A stretch of 64,000 nucleotides of DNA from Patescibacteria group bacterium (GCA_041649155.1 JBAZNP010000001.1:558869-622868); one strand, 5' to 3'; numbered from the stretch's first letter, positions 38,820 through 51,686 are shown. Notes: generated from the letters alone by a model not told the origin. Numbers and translations are program-made.

Positions 38820-39194
38820 CTAAGCAGCTGTTTGTGCTTGTAATAGCGGGGTGTCGGCTTTGCCGATTGGCAATACATCTAAGTTAATCGGCGTAGAAAT
38901 GTCGTTGTTATGCGGAATTCCTTTGCGAGGATGTGGTTGCAGATGTCGGTGAACACTTCTGCTACCTTTGATTTCTATAACAAAAGGAGAAAATTCTTGT
39001 CCGTCTTTCAAGACAATGAATGGTCGGTTGCAATTAATGCATTCACCAACATCCCCCTCTTCGTTTAGCAATTGCCAACTATCTGATAACGAGTCCGGAG
39101 GCAAATGCCCGCAATGTGGACACCCGTATCTTAAATAGTCTTTTTGGCTTATGGCAATGACATCTTCAATACATTGCTCTTCTGGTTCAACCAA
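38820..39194 (-). CDS. Zinc-ribbon hypothetical protein
   Basis: CPHCGH...CINC four-Cys ribbon. Confidence 0.4.
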   Translation of the reverse strand: MVEPEEQCIEDVIAISQKDYLRYGCPHCGHLPPDSLSDSWQLLNEEGDVGECINCNRPFIVLKDGQEFSPFVIEIKGSRSVHRHLQPHPRKGIPHNNDISTPINLDVLPIGKADTPLLQAQTAA

Positions 39195-39342
39195 AACCTA
39201 ATACCTCCATCTGTCATGATTGCGTGCTCATAATAATATAAAGAGACCGATTAGTCAATTTATTCAGCACCTGAGTTGAATAATCGGCGATTAGGTGGTA
39301 ATTTTTCAGTAAGGAATTCATCAAATACGGAATAGGGGGATT

Positions 39343-39708
39343 GTGATGAAAATAGCATTGCTATATCTTGCTGCTCTTTTTGTAGCAAGTGTTGCTACAG
39401 ATTCGATTACGCGCAACGGAATTAGGGATTTGCTTGAGAAGCTTCGGGAAAAAATTATAGACTTTGTTCTTTGGTGCGGAGCATCTCTTTGGGCGGTTGG
39501 AACACTGGTGCTTGACAGGTTCTTTGCTGGACTTGCGTTATGGATCCTATGGATTTTACTTGGATTGGTAGTAGCCGATACGTTGCCGTGGCCTGCATGG
39601 ACTGTCCTTTTGCCTCACATCGGAGCACCTTTACTTATGCTGGTGTTACAATTCATTTTTCTTCAATGTTTTGGAGATTGTGAGTATGATGAGGTTATTG
39701 GGTACTAA
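39343..39708 (+). CDS. Hypothetical membrane protein (121 aa)
   Basis: GGGGG RBS. 3-4 TM helices. Confidence 0.4.
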   Translation: MMKIALLYLAALFVASVATDSITRNGIRDLLEKLREKIIDFVLWCGASLWAVGTLVLDRFFAGLALWILWILLGLVVADTLPWPAWTVLLPHIGAPLLMLVLQFIFLQCFGDCEYDEVIGY

Positions 39709-39764
39709 AACTATGGCCGTTTGGATATTATATCCGGACGGCCAATTGCTTTAACGTTTGTTAT

Positions 39765-40634
39765 CTATTTGTTCTTATGCGTCAGATTAGTCGGCAAGAG
39801 ATCGTCAAGTGATGGAGCGGTGGGTTCGTTTAGTGTGCCACCACCATAATCTCTTGAGCTGTGCATTGGGTACAGGAGGATTAAAAGATACCCGATAAGG
39901 AAAATAACGCTAAAATATTTAGAAAAAATATTAATCATGGAAATTTCGGGATTACCGGTTTTTAGTATTTTAAAGTCGGTGAGATAAATTGCTTCACAGG
40001 CCCCCATTCCAGTATCTGTCCGGGTGGTGCTTGATGATCTGCCTATTCCGGTTGAAGTATTATTTTTCTTCGCGGAATATTCAGCCAAATATCCCTTTAA
40101 ACTGACCTGATCGCCGACTTTCGCTTTTCTCAGTTCTTCGTAGACTGAAGCATTATTATTTTTAGCAGCCAAAAGATGATTATTTGAAAGATCTTCATTT
40201 GAAAATTTTGCATAAACGGCGTTATCATCTGTTTTAAAAAAGCAGACGAATTCTTCGCTATAAAACTTTGCATTTTGGTAGACGCTATTTTCAATGTTTT
40301 TTCCGTAAACAACACAAATATCTTTTGTATTTAAAGGGTCTGATTTTCTGAATCTTGAGTACCATACTTCATTATTAGCAACAGACACAACTAATCCGTT
40401 TAATTCGTAATCATAGAGTGGGGTTATTTCATAAGTTAGATCACTGGTATTGACTTCAAATTTTTTAGTTTCCGTAGTTTTTTGTACTGGTTTGTTAAAA
40501 AGACTTGGGTCAATCAAACTTTTATCAGGAAGGCGGTTTTGTAGAAAAAAAGTGATGACAAAAACTGAAAGAGAAACTAAAAAGAATATTCCTAAAATTT
40601 TTTGAAGCTTAAAAAGACTGTTCATTAGATACAT
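39765..40634 (-). CDS. Hypothetical membrane-anchored/extracytoplasmic protein (289 aa)
   Basis: N- and C-terminal TM segments around a hydrophilic domain. Confidence 0.45.
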   Translation of the reverse strand: MYLMNSLFKLQKILGIFFLVSLSVFVITFFLQNRLPDKSLIDPSLFNKPVQKTTETKKFEVNTSDLTYEITPLYDYELNGLVVSVANNEVWYSRFRKSDPLNTKDICVVYGKNIENSVYQNAKFYSEEFVCFFKTDDNAVYAKFSNEDLSNNHLLAAKNNNASVYEELRKAKVGDQVSLKGYLAEYSAKKNNTSTGIGRSSSTTRTDTGMGACEAIYLTDFKILKTGNPEISMINIFSKYFSVIFLIGYLLILLYPMHSSRDYGGGTLNEPTAPSLDDLLPTNLTHKNK

Positions 40635-40755
40635 TATACAATATTGTCTGATTTAATTTAATTAAATATCAGATTTAAAAAAGCGACCATCGTATTTTTA
40701 ATAAATGGTCGCTTTACCCTTTTATTTTAAGGAATATATTTCTTTAAAAAATTAG

Positions 40756-40938
40756 TTAACGATTTTCCGATTTCTTGCCTTCTTCAATAAGCTCCTTGAC
40801 TCTTTGTCCGCCTTTGGTTCCAATCTCAGAATAGAAGCCTCGTCCATATCTCTGGCTCGTGGTTTTTCCGCCCTTCTTGCCACCTTTTCTGCCAGCTTCC
40901 TGTACGCTCATTTGACCCTTGTTATCTTTCATCTGCAT
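40756..40938 (-). CDS. KGG-repeat stress-induced protein (GsiB/YciG-like)
   Basis: MSVQEAGRKGGKKGGKTTSQRYGRGFYSEIGTKGG matches the KGG repeat. Confidence 0.65.
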   Translation of the reverse strand: MQMKDNKGQMSVQEAGRKGGKKGGKTTSQRYGRGFYSEIGTKGGQRVKELIEEGKKSENR

Positions 40939-40975
40939 TTAAAATTCACCTCTTTTCAATTATCCGTTTGAAAAT

Positions 40976-41245
40976 TTACCATTCGTCATATTCACTTTTG
41001 TTTTTTCCTTTGTTCCGTTTCTTATTTTCAGCTTTCTCTCCCTTTTTTATAAGATCCCGTACTTTTTGCCCGCCCTTAGTGCCTATCTCATGATAGAACT
41101 CCGGTCCGTATTCACGACTTGTGGCTCGACCTCCTTTAGTACCTATCTCATGATAGAACTCCGGTCCGTATTCACGACTTGTTGTCCGGCCGCCTTTTTG
41201 TCCTGCTTCCTGTACGGACATTTTAATCTTGCCTTTTTCTGCCAT
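40976..41245 (-). CDS. KGG-repeat stress-induced protein with internal 60-bp tandem duplication
   Basis: TSREYGPEFYHEIGTKGG appears twice, encoded by 41073-41132 and 41133-41192. Confidence 0.65.
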   Translation of the reverse strand: MAEKGKIKMSVQEAGQKGGRTTSREYGPEFYHEIGTKGGRATSREYGPEFYHEIGTKGGQKVRDLIKKGEKAENKKRNKGKNKSEYDEW

Positions 41246-41296
41246 TTTTATCCACCTTGTTCCTAATTAATTATTAAAATAATTAAGTCTAAAAAT

Positions 41297-41503
41297 TTAC
41301 ATGTTCTTGCTTCTTCCACGTCTCTTTCCTCCTTCGCTTTCTTTTCCTTTTTCGATAAGGTCCCTAACTCGGTGTCCGCCTTTAGTACCTATATCATGAT
41401 AAAATTCTGGTCCATGTTCTCGGCTTGTGGTTTGACCTCCTTTTTTGCCGGCCTCCTGTACTGTCATTTGGCCCTTTTTTCCTCGCATTTGCATAATCTT
41501 CAC
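41297..41503 (-). CDS. KGG-repeat stress-induced protein
   Basis: MTVQEAGKKGGQTTSREHGPEFYHDIGTKGGHRVRDL. Confidence 0.65.
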   Translation of the reverse strand: MKIMQMRGKKGQMTVQEAGKKGGQTTSREHGPEFYHDIGTKGGHRVRDLIEKGKESEGGKRRGRSKNM

Positions 41504-41633
41504 CTCCTTACTTTTTTGTAACGCAAACCCATAGTATATTTAACGGAGCATTGAATCATTAATGAAACACCCAAATAACCCCAAAAGAAATCATTGTTTT
41601 TTTAAGTTAATTAACAAAAGTGGTTTTGTGCTA

Positions 41634-41788
41634 TTGACATCTTCAAAATAATTAGTTAAGATCTCTTTAGAAACTCTAAAAGAGGTCTATGGTCAATCAC
41701 TACACCAATGAGAGGGGGACAAGCGGATGAGATAAAATAGGGGTATTTTATTTTTTTATCTCAATTATCCGCTGCGGCGGTTTTTTTT
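41634..41788 (+). ncRNA. Candidate small RNA: TTGACA-17-TAAGAT promoter to CCGCTGCGGCGG-T8 terminator (~120 nt transcript)
   Basis: Consensus -35/-10 at 41634-41662. Internal hairpin GAGATAAAA...TTTTATCTC. Intrinsic terminator at 41769-41788. No ORF. Confidence 0.3.
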
Positions 41789-41866
41789 GTCGCAAAAAGC
41801 ATAAAAACAACAGACCTGCCTGCCGGTAGGCAGGTGACAAATCGTACAGATAATACAGATTACGAA
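41788..41866 (+). repeat. Direct repeat copy 2, flanking the 16S-23S interval (with nested palindrome)
   Basis: GCAAAAAGCATAAAAACAACAGA-CCTGCCTGCCGGTAGGCAGG-TGACAAATCGTACAGATAATACAGATTACGAAT. Compare 20171-20245. Confidence 0.8.
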
Positions 41867-42235
41867 TTGTACGAAATATCAGGATAGCAATTGTGAGATA
41901 GGGGCTCACAAGTTGAGATTCTATAGCGCACATTAACAATTAAATAACGCTTTATTAAATATTCAACCACATTTAATAAAGCAAAGAGCAAATATATAAC
42001 TTAAATAATAATATTTGTGTAATTTCAAATTTACCCAGTTAGATGGCGTAAGCTTATCTAACAGGGTGTATATCTTCCGATATAAAAAAATTTCTCAAAA
42101 CAAGTAATTAATATTTCATCCGCCATCTGGCGAGATGGAATCCAGTAATTGCTAGTCAAGATTCTAAGTCGGGCAGTGGGGCAGATACTCAGTAATGAGT
42201 TTTTGCCTTCACTATTCGACCTCTGGAAAAATAAT

Positions 42236-45062
<2,827 letters not shown>

Positions 45063-45293
45063 TATTATTTTTACAATCTTGACTAGTGATTACTGGGTTA
45101 TTCCAGTATTCTTCGAGCGTTTATGATACCGTTCATTGGCTTCCATCTCCTCACCCTTTCTTCGAAAGGATGAGGGACGATGCTGGTGCATCGGATCTAG
45201 CTCAATTTGTTTTCAAATGTGGATGTGGTTTTAGAATAAAGCCTCATCCTGTGTGAAAGCAAAATATTTGCTTTTAAAATTTAAAATAGTTTT

Positions 45294-45412
<119 letters not shown>

Positions 45413-45482
45413 AAAGCTATTTTTTTTATTACAAAAAAAAGACTTGATAAATTCAAGCCTTTTTAATGTGGTTTGCTTTAGA

Positions 45483-45536
45483 CTTAGCAGCTGCCGCATC
45501 CGTCGCAACCTTCGCATCCACCATTAGGATCGTACA
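45483..45536 (-). CDS. 17-aa cysteine-rich peptide MYDPNGGCEGCDGCGSC
   Basis: AAGGAG RBS 6 nt upstream of ATG. Hairpin plus T-run terminator immediately downstream (45430-45470, minus strand). Lies 95 bp downstream of padR-like on the same strand. Confidence 0.35.
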
Positions 45537-45632
45537 TATTTTACTCCTTATTTTTAGTTGTCAGTTGTCAGTAAATAAGTGAATCAGTTTTTATATAATT
45601 TACAACTGATTTACTTACAACTTACTACTATT

Positions 45633-45992
45633 TTACAGCATTATTGCTTCTCGAAGCAAGGGCAAAACTTCGCCGTAGGATTTTGCTGCGGAACGATGAG
45701 CAGATCTTCCCTTTTCTGTCAGCGAATACATTTTTCTAATTCTTGAGCCAACAGAAATTTCATTTGAAGTTGCGTAACCATCTTTTTCTAACTGATCAAG
45801 AGCTGGGTATATGGTTGATTCGGTTGGTCTGCAAGTCCCTTCGGAAAGTTCTTCAATTCTTTTGACAATTCTATAACCGTAGCTTTCTTTGTCTTTGTAT
45901 AAAACCTTTAAAAGAAAGAATTTAATCAATCCTTGATTGATAAGTTTTCTCCAATAGCCTTCTGAAGTTAAATCCACGTTCGCTCCGTTCAA
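45633..45992 (-). CDS. PadR-family transcriptional regulator
   Basis: LLKVLYKDKESYGYRIVKRIEELSEGTCRPTESTIYPALDQLEKDGYATS winged-helix of PadR type. Confidence 0.75.
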   Translation of the reverse strand: MNGANVDLTSEGYWRKLINQGLIKFFLLKVLYKDKESYGYRIVKRIEELSEGTCRPTESTIYPALDQLEKDGYATSNEISVGSRIRKMYSLTEKGRSAHRSAAKSYGEVLPLLREAIML

Positions 45993-46185
45993 ATTAAAAA
46001 ATCAAAAATAAAAATGCAAAACTTTTTTACCAATTTTACATTGTGATTTTTATTTTTATATTTTATATTGAAAGACCCCTCGTCTTTCGATGCACATTTA
46101 TAGTATATGATGCTTTATATTTTGTCAAATTTGCGCTTGGTGCTCTAAACGGTTATAATTTGAATGATTTTTAAGAGGAATTCAT

Positions 46186-46809
46186 ATGAAAACTAAACTA
46201 TTTATTGATTTTGATGGTACTTTATTTGATACTAGACGCTTAAAGACAGATTTGTTTAATACCTTTAAGTCAATGGGGTTTGCTGAAGATAAGATTGAAT
46301 TGACGTACAAAAAGGCTTGCGAAGATTATATTTATTCTCCAATTGAACAATTGCAATTATTGCAAGATTTTAAAAAATGCGACGCTAAAGAAGCCACAGA
46401 AAAATTTGAAACACTTTATAAAAAAGTGCCGGATTATTTATTTAAGGACTCGGTAGATTTTTTGGGGAGTTTAGATAGAGAAAAGTATGAGGTAAGTTTA
46501 TTAACTTTGGGCGATGAAGATTTTCAAAAGAAAAAAGTTGAGTCATCTAAAATTGCTAAATATTTTGATAATATTTATTATTGCAGAAATCAAAAGTGGA
46601 TCTTCCTGAAAGAATTGGTTGATCTGGATGAAAAGTTTTTTATTATAGATGATAGGGGCGATGCGATGTATGAAATATCTAAAGAATTCAAAAATAGTAT
46701 ACCAATAGAGATTAACCGGTCGAAAGAAGCACTTGATATTATGGAAAAACCATCGTCTTATGATGGCTTGAGTATAAAAAATTTTGTAGAGGCTACACAA
46801 TATTTATAA
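46186..46809 (+). CDS. HAD-superfamily hydrolase
   Basis: Motif I LFIDFDGTLFDT. Motif IV-like FIIDDRGDA. Confidence 0.7.
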   Translation: MKTKLFIDFDGTLFDTRRLKTDLFNTFKSMGFAEDKIELTYKKACEDYIYSPIEQLQLLQDFKKCDAKEATEKFETLYKKVPDYLFKDSVDFLGSLDREKYEVSLLTLGDEDFQKKKVESSKIAKYFDNIYYCRNQKWIFLKELVDLDEKFFIIDDRGDAMYEISKEFKNSIPIEINRSKEALDIMEKPSSYDGLSIKNFVEATQYL

Positions 46810-47020
46810 AGGGTATCATACTCCAGGGCAAGCCCTGAACCCTGCCCCGATGAATCGGGGCATATTGCGCGGCAAGCCGCGCGGTATTTCACCTTTTTTA
46901 CGCACTGAGTTATTTACTAATATATCTTGTAATAAAGGAGCTTGATGCCTGAACTTCCGGAAGTCGATCCCACTTCGCTAAAGCTTTGCGGGACAAGAAC
47001 AATTAAAAAAGGAGAAACTG

Positions 47021-47953
47021 ATGCCTGAGTTACCGGAGGTAGAGACGATTAGGCTGGGATTGCAGAAGACTATAGTAGGTAAAAAAATTGAAAAATTTGA
47101 ATCAAGAGATTCAAAAGTTGTTCAGTTTAAGCCCAAAGACGTGGAGGGAATGTATGTTTCTAATATTGAACGACGAGCTAAGATATTAATTCTTTATTTG
47201 AATAGTTCTCGGCCTCTGGCCTCGAACAATAAATATTCTTCGAGCGAAAGCGAGAAGTCCATTCTTTGTCATCTTAAGATGACCGGCCAATTGATTTGGG
47301 AAGCTTGTTCTGGTGGGACTGAATTTTGCCTCAAAAAGAGTCGGGTTGCTGGCGGGCATCCATCACCGGATTGGGTGGCAAAATTACCAAATAATTATAC
47401 GAGAGCAATATTCACTTTTAATGATAAGTCAGTTTTGTTTTTTAACGATTTGCGCAGATTTGGTTATTCAAAACTATATAATACTAAAGATTTGAGTAAT
47501 ATTTCAGAGCTGAAAAAATTAGGTCCGGAGCCCTTTTCTAGTGAATTTACAGTAGAATACCTGATGAGGCGAGCGGCAAAAATACCAAATCGTAAAATCA
47601 AACAGTTTATTACCGATCAGGAGATAATCGCCGGTGTGGGGAATATTTATGTCGATGAGGCTCTTTTTTATGCAGGAATTTTGCCGACAAGGCCGGCGAA
47701 GGATATAAAATTATCGGAATGGCAGAAAATTCGCGATTCAATAATTAAAGCCTTGGAACTTGGTCTAAAATACGGCGGATCTTCCGAAGATACTTATGTC
47801 GACGCATTTGGTAATCAGGGGACAATGAACGAGCATTGCAATGTTTACAGGAGGACGGGCCAAAAGTGCAACAGAAACGGCTGTCAGGGCACTGTGAAGC
47901 GCATCGTACTAGGTGGTAGGGGCACGCATTTCTGTGAAAAATGCCAAAGTTAG
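47021..47953 (+). CDS. mutM: Formamidopyrimidine-DNA glycosylase (Fpg/Nei family)
   Basis: N-terminal MPELPEVE (catalytic Pro2/Glu3). H2TH region. C-terminal zinc finger CNVYRRTGQKCNRNGCQGTVKRIVLGGRGTHFCEKCQ. Confidence 0.85.
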   Translation: MPELPEVETIRLGLQKTIVGKKIEKFESRDSKVVQFKPKDVEGMYVSNIERRAKILILYLNSSRPLASNNKYSSSESEKSILCHLKMTGQLIWEACSGGTEFCLKKSRVAGGHPSPDWVAKLPNNYTRAIFTFNDKSVLFFNDLRRFGYSKLYNTKDLSNISELKKLGPEPFSSEFTVEYLMRRAAKIPNRKIKQFITDQEIIAGVGNIYVDEALFYAGILPTRPAKDIKLSEWQKIRDSIIKALELGLKYGGSSEDTYVDAFGNQGTMNEHCNVYRRTGQKCNRNGCQGTVKRIVLGGRGTHFCEKCQS

Positions 47954-48094
47954 AATTATGAATTTAGAATTAGGAATCATGGGGCGGAAAATATACATTG
48001 AATATCAATCAGTATTCAGATAAAATATTACTAGTTTATTGAAATGCTTGATTCTAGATTCTTGATTCTAGAATCTGGCTAAAAAGGAATTATT

Positions 48095-49378
48095 ATGGAA
48101 ATTTTACGAAATATGTGGAGGAGAAAATTCAGGACTTTTTTAACTGTAACAGGTATTGCTGTTGGCATTTTTGCATTTACAGTTATGGGTTCTATGGCAT
48201 TGAAATTAAATAAAATGATCGATGGTGGCAAGAAATACATCACTGGCCAGATTACAATCATGCCGAAGGGAACTGATTTTGCTACCGGTCAAATGAGCGG
48301 AATGTTGCCGATAGACACATTAAATAAAATCGCTAAAGTCGAAGGTGTTGAAGCAGTGGAGGGTTCGGTCAGCATAGCGGTTGATGAGCCAAATCCAGAT
48401 GAACCGGTTTCCATGAGTATGAGTACACCACCAACAATTTATTCGCTTGATACAGCTTCAAATTTTAAGAATAAAAACTGGGAAACTCTGGCAATGAAGG
48501 AAGGAAAGTTGATTGATAAAGATAGCGCCGATAATGATATTTCAATCGGTTCAACAGTCGCTTTGGATAAAAACTGGAAGGTGGGCGATACGGTAAAAAT
48601 AAGAGGCAAAGAATTTAAAGTTGCAGGTATTTTGGAAAAGACAATGACAGGACCAGATAGTTATGTTTTTATAAAATTACCAGTAGCGAGAGAACTATAC
48701 ATTGAGTCAAATCCATTTTTGAAATCACTTAGAGATCGTGCGTCAGAAGCGGCCAATATTTCCGATACAGAATTGGCAAAACTTTCACCTGAAGCCAGAA
48801 ATCAGGTTATACAGGCTAAGGCGTTTAAGGTTGAAGATGTCTCAACCGGAGCAGCAGCCTCATGGAAGAGTGATGCTGATCCCGAAGCGGTTGTTAATAG
48901 AATTAAAGATCAATATAAAAATGAAGTTGTTGTATTGTCGCCGCAAAAAATGGGCGAGCAAATCGACAAAGCTTCGGCAACAATGAATGCCATTATTTAC
49001 GGAGCCGCAATGTTGGCTTTAATAGTTGGTATTTTTTCAATAACAAATACTATGGTGATGTCAATTTCCGAAAGAACAAAGGAAATTGGAATTAAAAAAG
49101 CAATTGGTGCTTCAGGTAAATCTATTTCTTTTGAGTATACACTGGAAGCTGGAGTTATTAGCTTGATCGGCGGACTTGTTGGCATGGGAATAGGGGTTTT
49201 GGCAATTTCAGTTATTAATTCGAAAATGGCGAGTAAGGGAGCGGAGATATTCTTAATCGAGCCAAACTTTTTAACAGGTGTTATTATCTTCTCATTTTTT
49301 ATTGGTATTGTGGCTGGATTTATTCCAGCGATGAGAGCGGCAAAGCTCAAAGTTGTGGAAGCGATCAGAGAACTATAA
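48095..49378 (+). CDS. ABC transporter permease, FtsX/MacB family (MacB_PCD + FtsX domains)
   Basis: N-terminal TM, ~250-aa periplasmic domain, C-terminal 3-TM FtsX domain. Confidence 0.8.
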   Translation: MEILRNMWRRKFRTFLTVTGIAVGIFAFTVMGSMALKLNKMIDGGKKYITGQITIMPKGTDFATGQMSGMLPIDTLNKIAKVEGVEAVEGSVSIAVDEPNPDEPVSMSMSTPPTIYSLDTASNFKNKNWETLAMKEGKLIDKDSADNDISIGSTVALDKNWKVGDTVKIRGKEFKVAGILEKTMTGPDSYVFIKLPVARELYIESNPFLKSLRDRASEAANISDTELAKLSPEARNQVIQAKAFKVEDVSTGAAASWKSDADPEAVVNRIKDQYKNEVVVLSPQKMGEQIDKASATMNAIIYGAAMLALIVGIFSITNTMVMSISERTKEIGIKKAIGASGKSISFEYTLEAGVISLIGGLVGMGIGVLAISVINSKMASKGAEIFLIEPNFLTGVIIFSFFIGIVAGFIPAMRAAKLKVVEAIREL

Positions 49379-49429
49379 TCTTAGTTGTCAGTTGTCAGTA
49401 AATAAGTTGTAAGTTATTTAAGGAATATT

Positions 49430-50107
49430 ATGAATAAAATAATTATTGAAGCTAAAGGGTTGGAAAAGTCCTATAAAATGTCTAAAACCAACACGGTTAA
49501 GGCATTAAACGGAGTAGATCTTGTAGTTAATGAAGGTGATTTTTCAGCAATTGTCGGACCTTCAGGGTGTGGAAAATCTACCCTGATGCACATTTTAGGT
49601 CTTTTGGATCGGCCAGATGAAGGGCAAATCACTATTGACGGCGTTGATGTGAGCAAATTAAAGGATAAAATTGCCTATAAATTGAGAGCTCAAAAAATTG
49701 GTTTTATTTTTCAGGGATTTAATTTAATTCCGACCCTAACTGCATTGGAAAATGTTGTGCTTGCTGGCAAGTATGGTGGCCTAAAACTGCAAGCCAGAAA
49801 GAAGAGAGCGATAGAATTATTGGAGTTGGTTGGGTTGAAAGACAGGATGAACCACAAGCCAAACGAGCTTTCCGGCGGACAGCAACAAAGAGTGGCGATA
49901 GCCAGAGCTCTTGTTAACAATCCAACGGTAATTTTGGCTGATGAGCCAACCGGGGAGCTGGACAGTAAAACTTCACTGGAAATTATCGATATACTTAAAA
50001 AGCTTAATAAAGAAAACAATCAGACGTTTTTGATTGTTACTCATAATACTGAAGTCGCGGAGGCTTGCAAAAAGACCATTAGACTTAGAGACGGTAAGAA
50101 CACCTAG
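49430..50107 (+). CDS. ABC transporter ATP-binding protein (MacB/LolD-like)
   Basis: Walker A GPSGCGKST. Signature LSGGQQQRVAIARAL. Walker B ILADEPTGELD. Confidence 0.9.
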   Translation: MNKIIIEAKGLEKSYKMSKTNTVKALNGVDLVVNEGDFSAIVGPSGCGKSTLMHILGLLDRPDEGQITIDGVDVSKLKDKIAYKLRAQKIGFIFQGFNLIPTLTALENVVLAGKYGGLKLQARKKRAIELLELVGLKDRMNHKPNELSGGQQQRVAIARALVNNPTVILADEPTGELDSKTSLEIIDILKKLNKENNQTFLIVTHNTEVAEACKKTIRLRDGKNT

Positions 50108-50155
50108 ATCTTTGAAAATAATATTCAAAGATGCATAATTTATTCTCCTATTTTT

Positions 50156-50671
50156 TCATATGTTTACATATTTTAGAACTTTATTTAGTGCGATTTTAAA
50201 CCAATAAGTATATTTGTCAGGTGATTTTTTAAAGTTTTTCTCCAATTTTTCAATTGAAATCCATTTGTAATTTGAAGCTTCCTCCGGATTAGGTTTTGGA
50301 TTATCATTATGGCAACCAATAAAAACATGGTCACACTCATTTTCTGTAATATTGTTTTCCAATTTTATCTTATATCTTAGTAGAAATATCTCCTTTAATT
50401 CGCAATCAAATCCCATTTCTTCTTTTAGCCGTCTGTGGGCGGCAGCTAGAACATTTTCTTTTGGCTTTGGATGGCTGCAGCAGGTATTGGACCAAAGTCT
50501 GGCGGAATGATATTTATTCTTATCTCTTTTTTGAATTAATAATTCTTTTTTATCATTAAATACAAAAACCGAAATAGCACGGTGCAGACTTCCCTTGATG
50601 TGTGCTATCAGCTTTTCATCAATTCCGATCTCATTATTGGATTCATCTACCAAGATTAGTTTTTCTGTCAT
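50156..50671 (-). CDS. idi: Isopentenyl-diphosphate delta-isomerase, type 1 (NUDIX fold)
   Basis: WSNTCCSHP catalytic Cys motif and Glu-rich Nudix-like region. 171 aa. Confidence 0.8.
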   Translation of the reverse strand: MTEKLILVDESNNEIGIDEKLIAHIKGSLHRAISVFVFNDKKELLIQKRDKNKYHSARLWSNTCCSHPKPKENVLAAAHRRLKEEMGFDCELKEIFLLRYKIKLENNITENECDHVFIGCHNDNPKPNPEEASNYKWISIEKLEKNFKKSPDKYTYWFKIALNKVLKYVNI

Positions 50672-50939
50672 TTTTCTAATTTAGAAGGATTATGATCAAC
50701 CATTAATTATTACATGAAAAACTTTTGGTTTGACTGGTACTCGGCTAAGTAGTTTTTTTGCGATTTACAGTTAATATTATATAGAAATAAAAACTGCCTG
50801 GCCACAAGCTAGTTTTTTGTTTATGTGCAGAAAATTTAATTTTCAATTGTCCCGATTAATCTGGGCGACTTTCTTTTTAAAGACATTTTTATTTGTTATA
50901 CTTGCCTTAAAGTAAAGTTAACAAAATCAGGAGTTTAAA

Positions 50940-51686
50940 ATGGATAAATATATAGCAATTGTGTTGGCGGCCGGAAAAGGCACCAGAATGAATGAGGGGA
51001 TTGCTTCTCCAATTCCAAAAGTAATGTTTGAGATTGCTGGTAAACCGATTATTTATTACACGGTTGATAATATCAAAAAAGTTGGAATTAACCATGTTGC
51101 TTTGGCCGTTGGTTATAAAAAAGAATTAATTGAAGAATATTTAAAAGACGAAGTTGAATACGCTGTTCAGGAGAAGCAATTAGGCACAGGTCATGCCGTA
51201 ATGATGGCAAAGGAATTATTGATCGGTAAATCTGAAGCAGTGATTATTTGTTATGGAGATATGCCGTTGGTTAAACCAGAAACGATTAAGAAATTAATCA
51301 ATGTATTTGAGAGCGATAATCCAACAATTGCTATGATTTCAGCAATTTCGGAAGATCCTTTTGGTTACGGAAGAATTATCAGAGACTCAAATGGCGAAGT
51401 TTCAGGTATTAAAGAGCACAAAGATTGCAACGAAGAGGAACTCAAAATTAAGGAGTGGAACCCCGGCTTCTATATTTTTAATTCAGAATGGCTTTGGACT
51501 AATAGTGATAAACTAGATAATAATAATGCTCAAAAAGAATATTATCTGACTGATCTAATAAAATTTGCCAAAAAGCAGGGTAAAAAAATAATTGCCATTC
51601 CAGTTTCCGAAGAATCTGAGGCTTTGGGCATAAACTCTCAGGAACAGTTGAGGGAGGCGGAAGCAGTTCTTGTTAATCGCAAATAA
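50940..51686 (+). CDS. GlmU N-terminal-domain-like sugar nucleotidyltransferase (UDP-GlcNAc pyrophosphorylase domain, no LbH acetyltransferase domain)
   Basis: LAAGKGTRM, LGTGHAV, GYGRII, EHKDC and NAQKEYYLTD all match GlmU uridyltransferase-domain motifs. The protein ends after ~248 aa. Confidence 0.75.
   Translation: MDKYIAIVLAAGKGTRMNEGIASPIPKVMFEIAGKPIIYYTVDNIKKVGINHVALAVGYKKELIEEYLKDEVEYAVQEKQLGTGHAVMMAKELLIGKSEAVIICYGDMPLVKPETIKKLINVFESDNPTIAMISAISEDPFGYGRIIRDSNGEVSGIKEHKDCNEEELKIKEWNPGFYIFNSEWLWTNSDKLDNNNAQKEYYLTDLIKFAKKQGKKIIAIPVSEESEALGINSQEQLREAEAVLVNRK

Noticed and set aside
48738-50019. Short ORFs overlapping the ABC permease/ATPase genes (48738-48986, 48997-49350, 49471-49656, 49711-50019)
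   Set aside because: Alternative-frame or antisense artefacts of well-supported ABC transporter genes.
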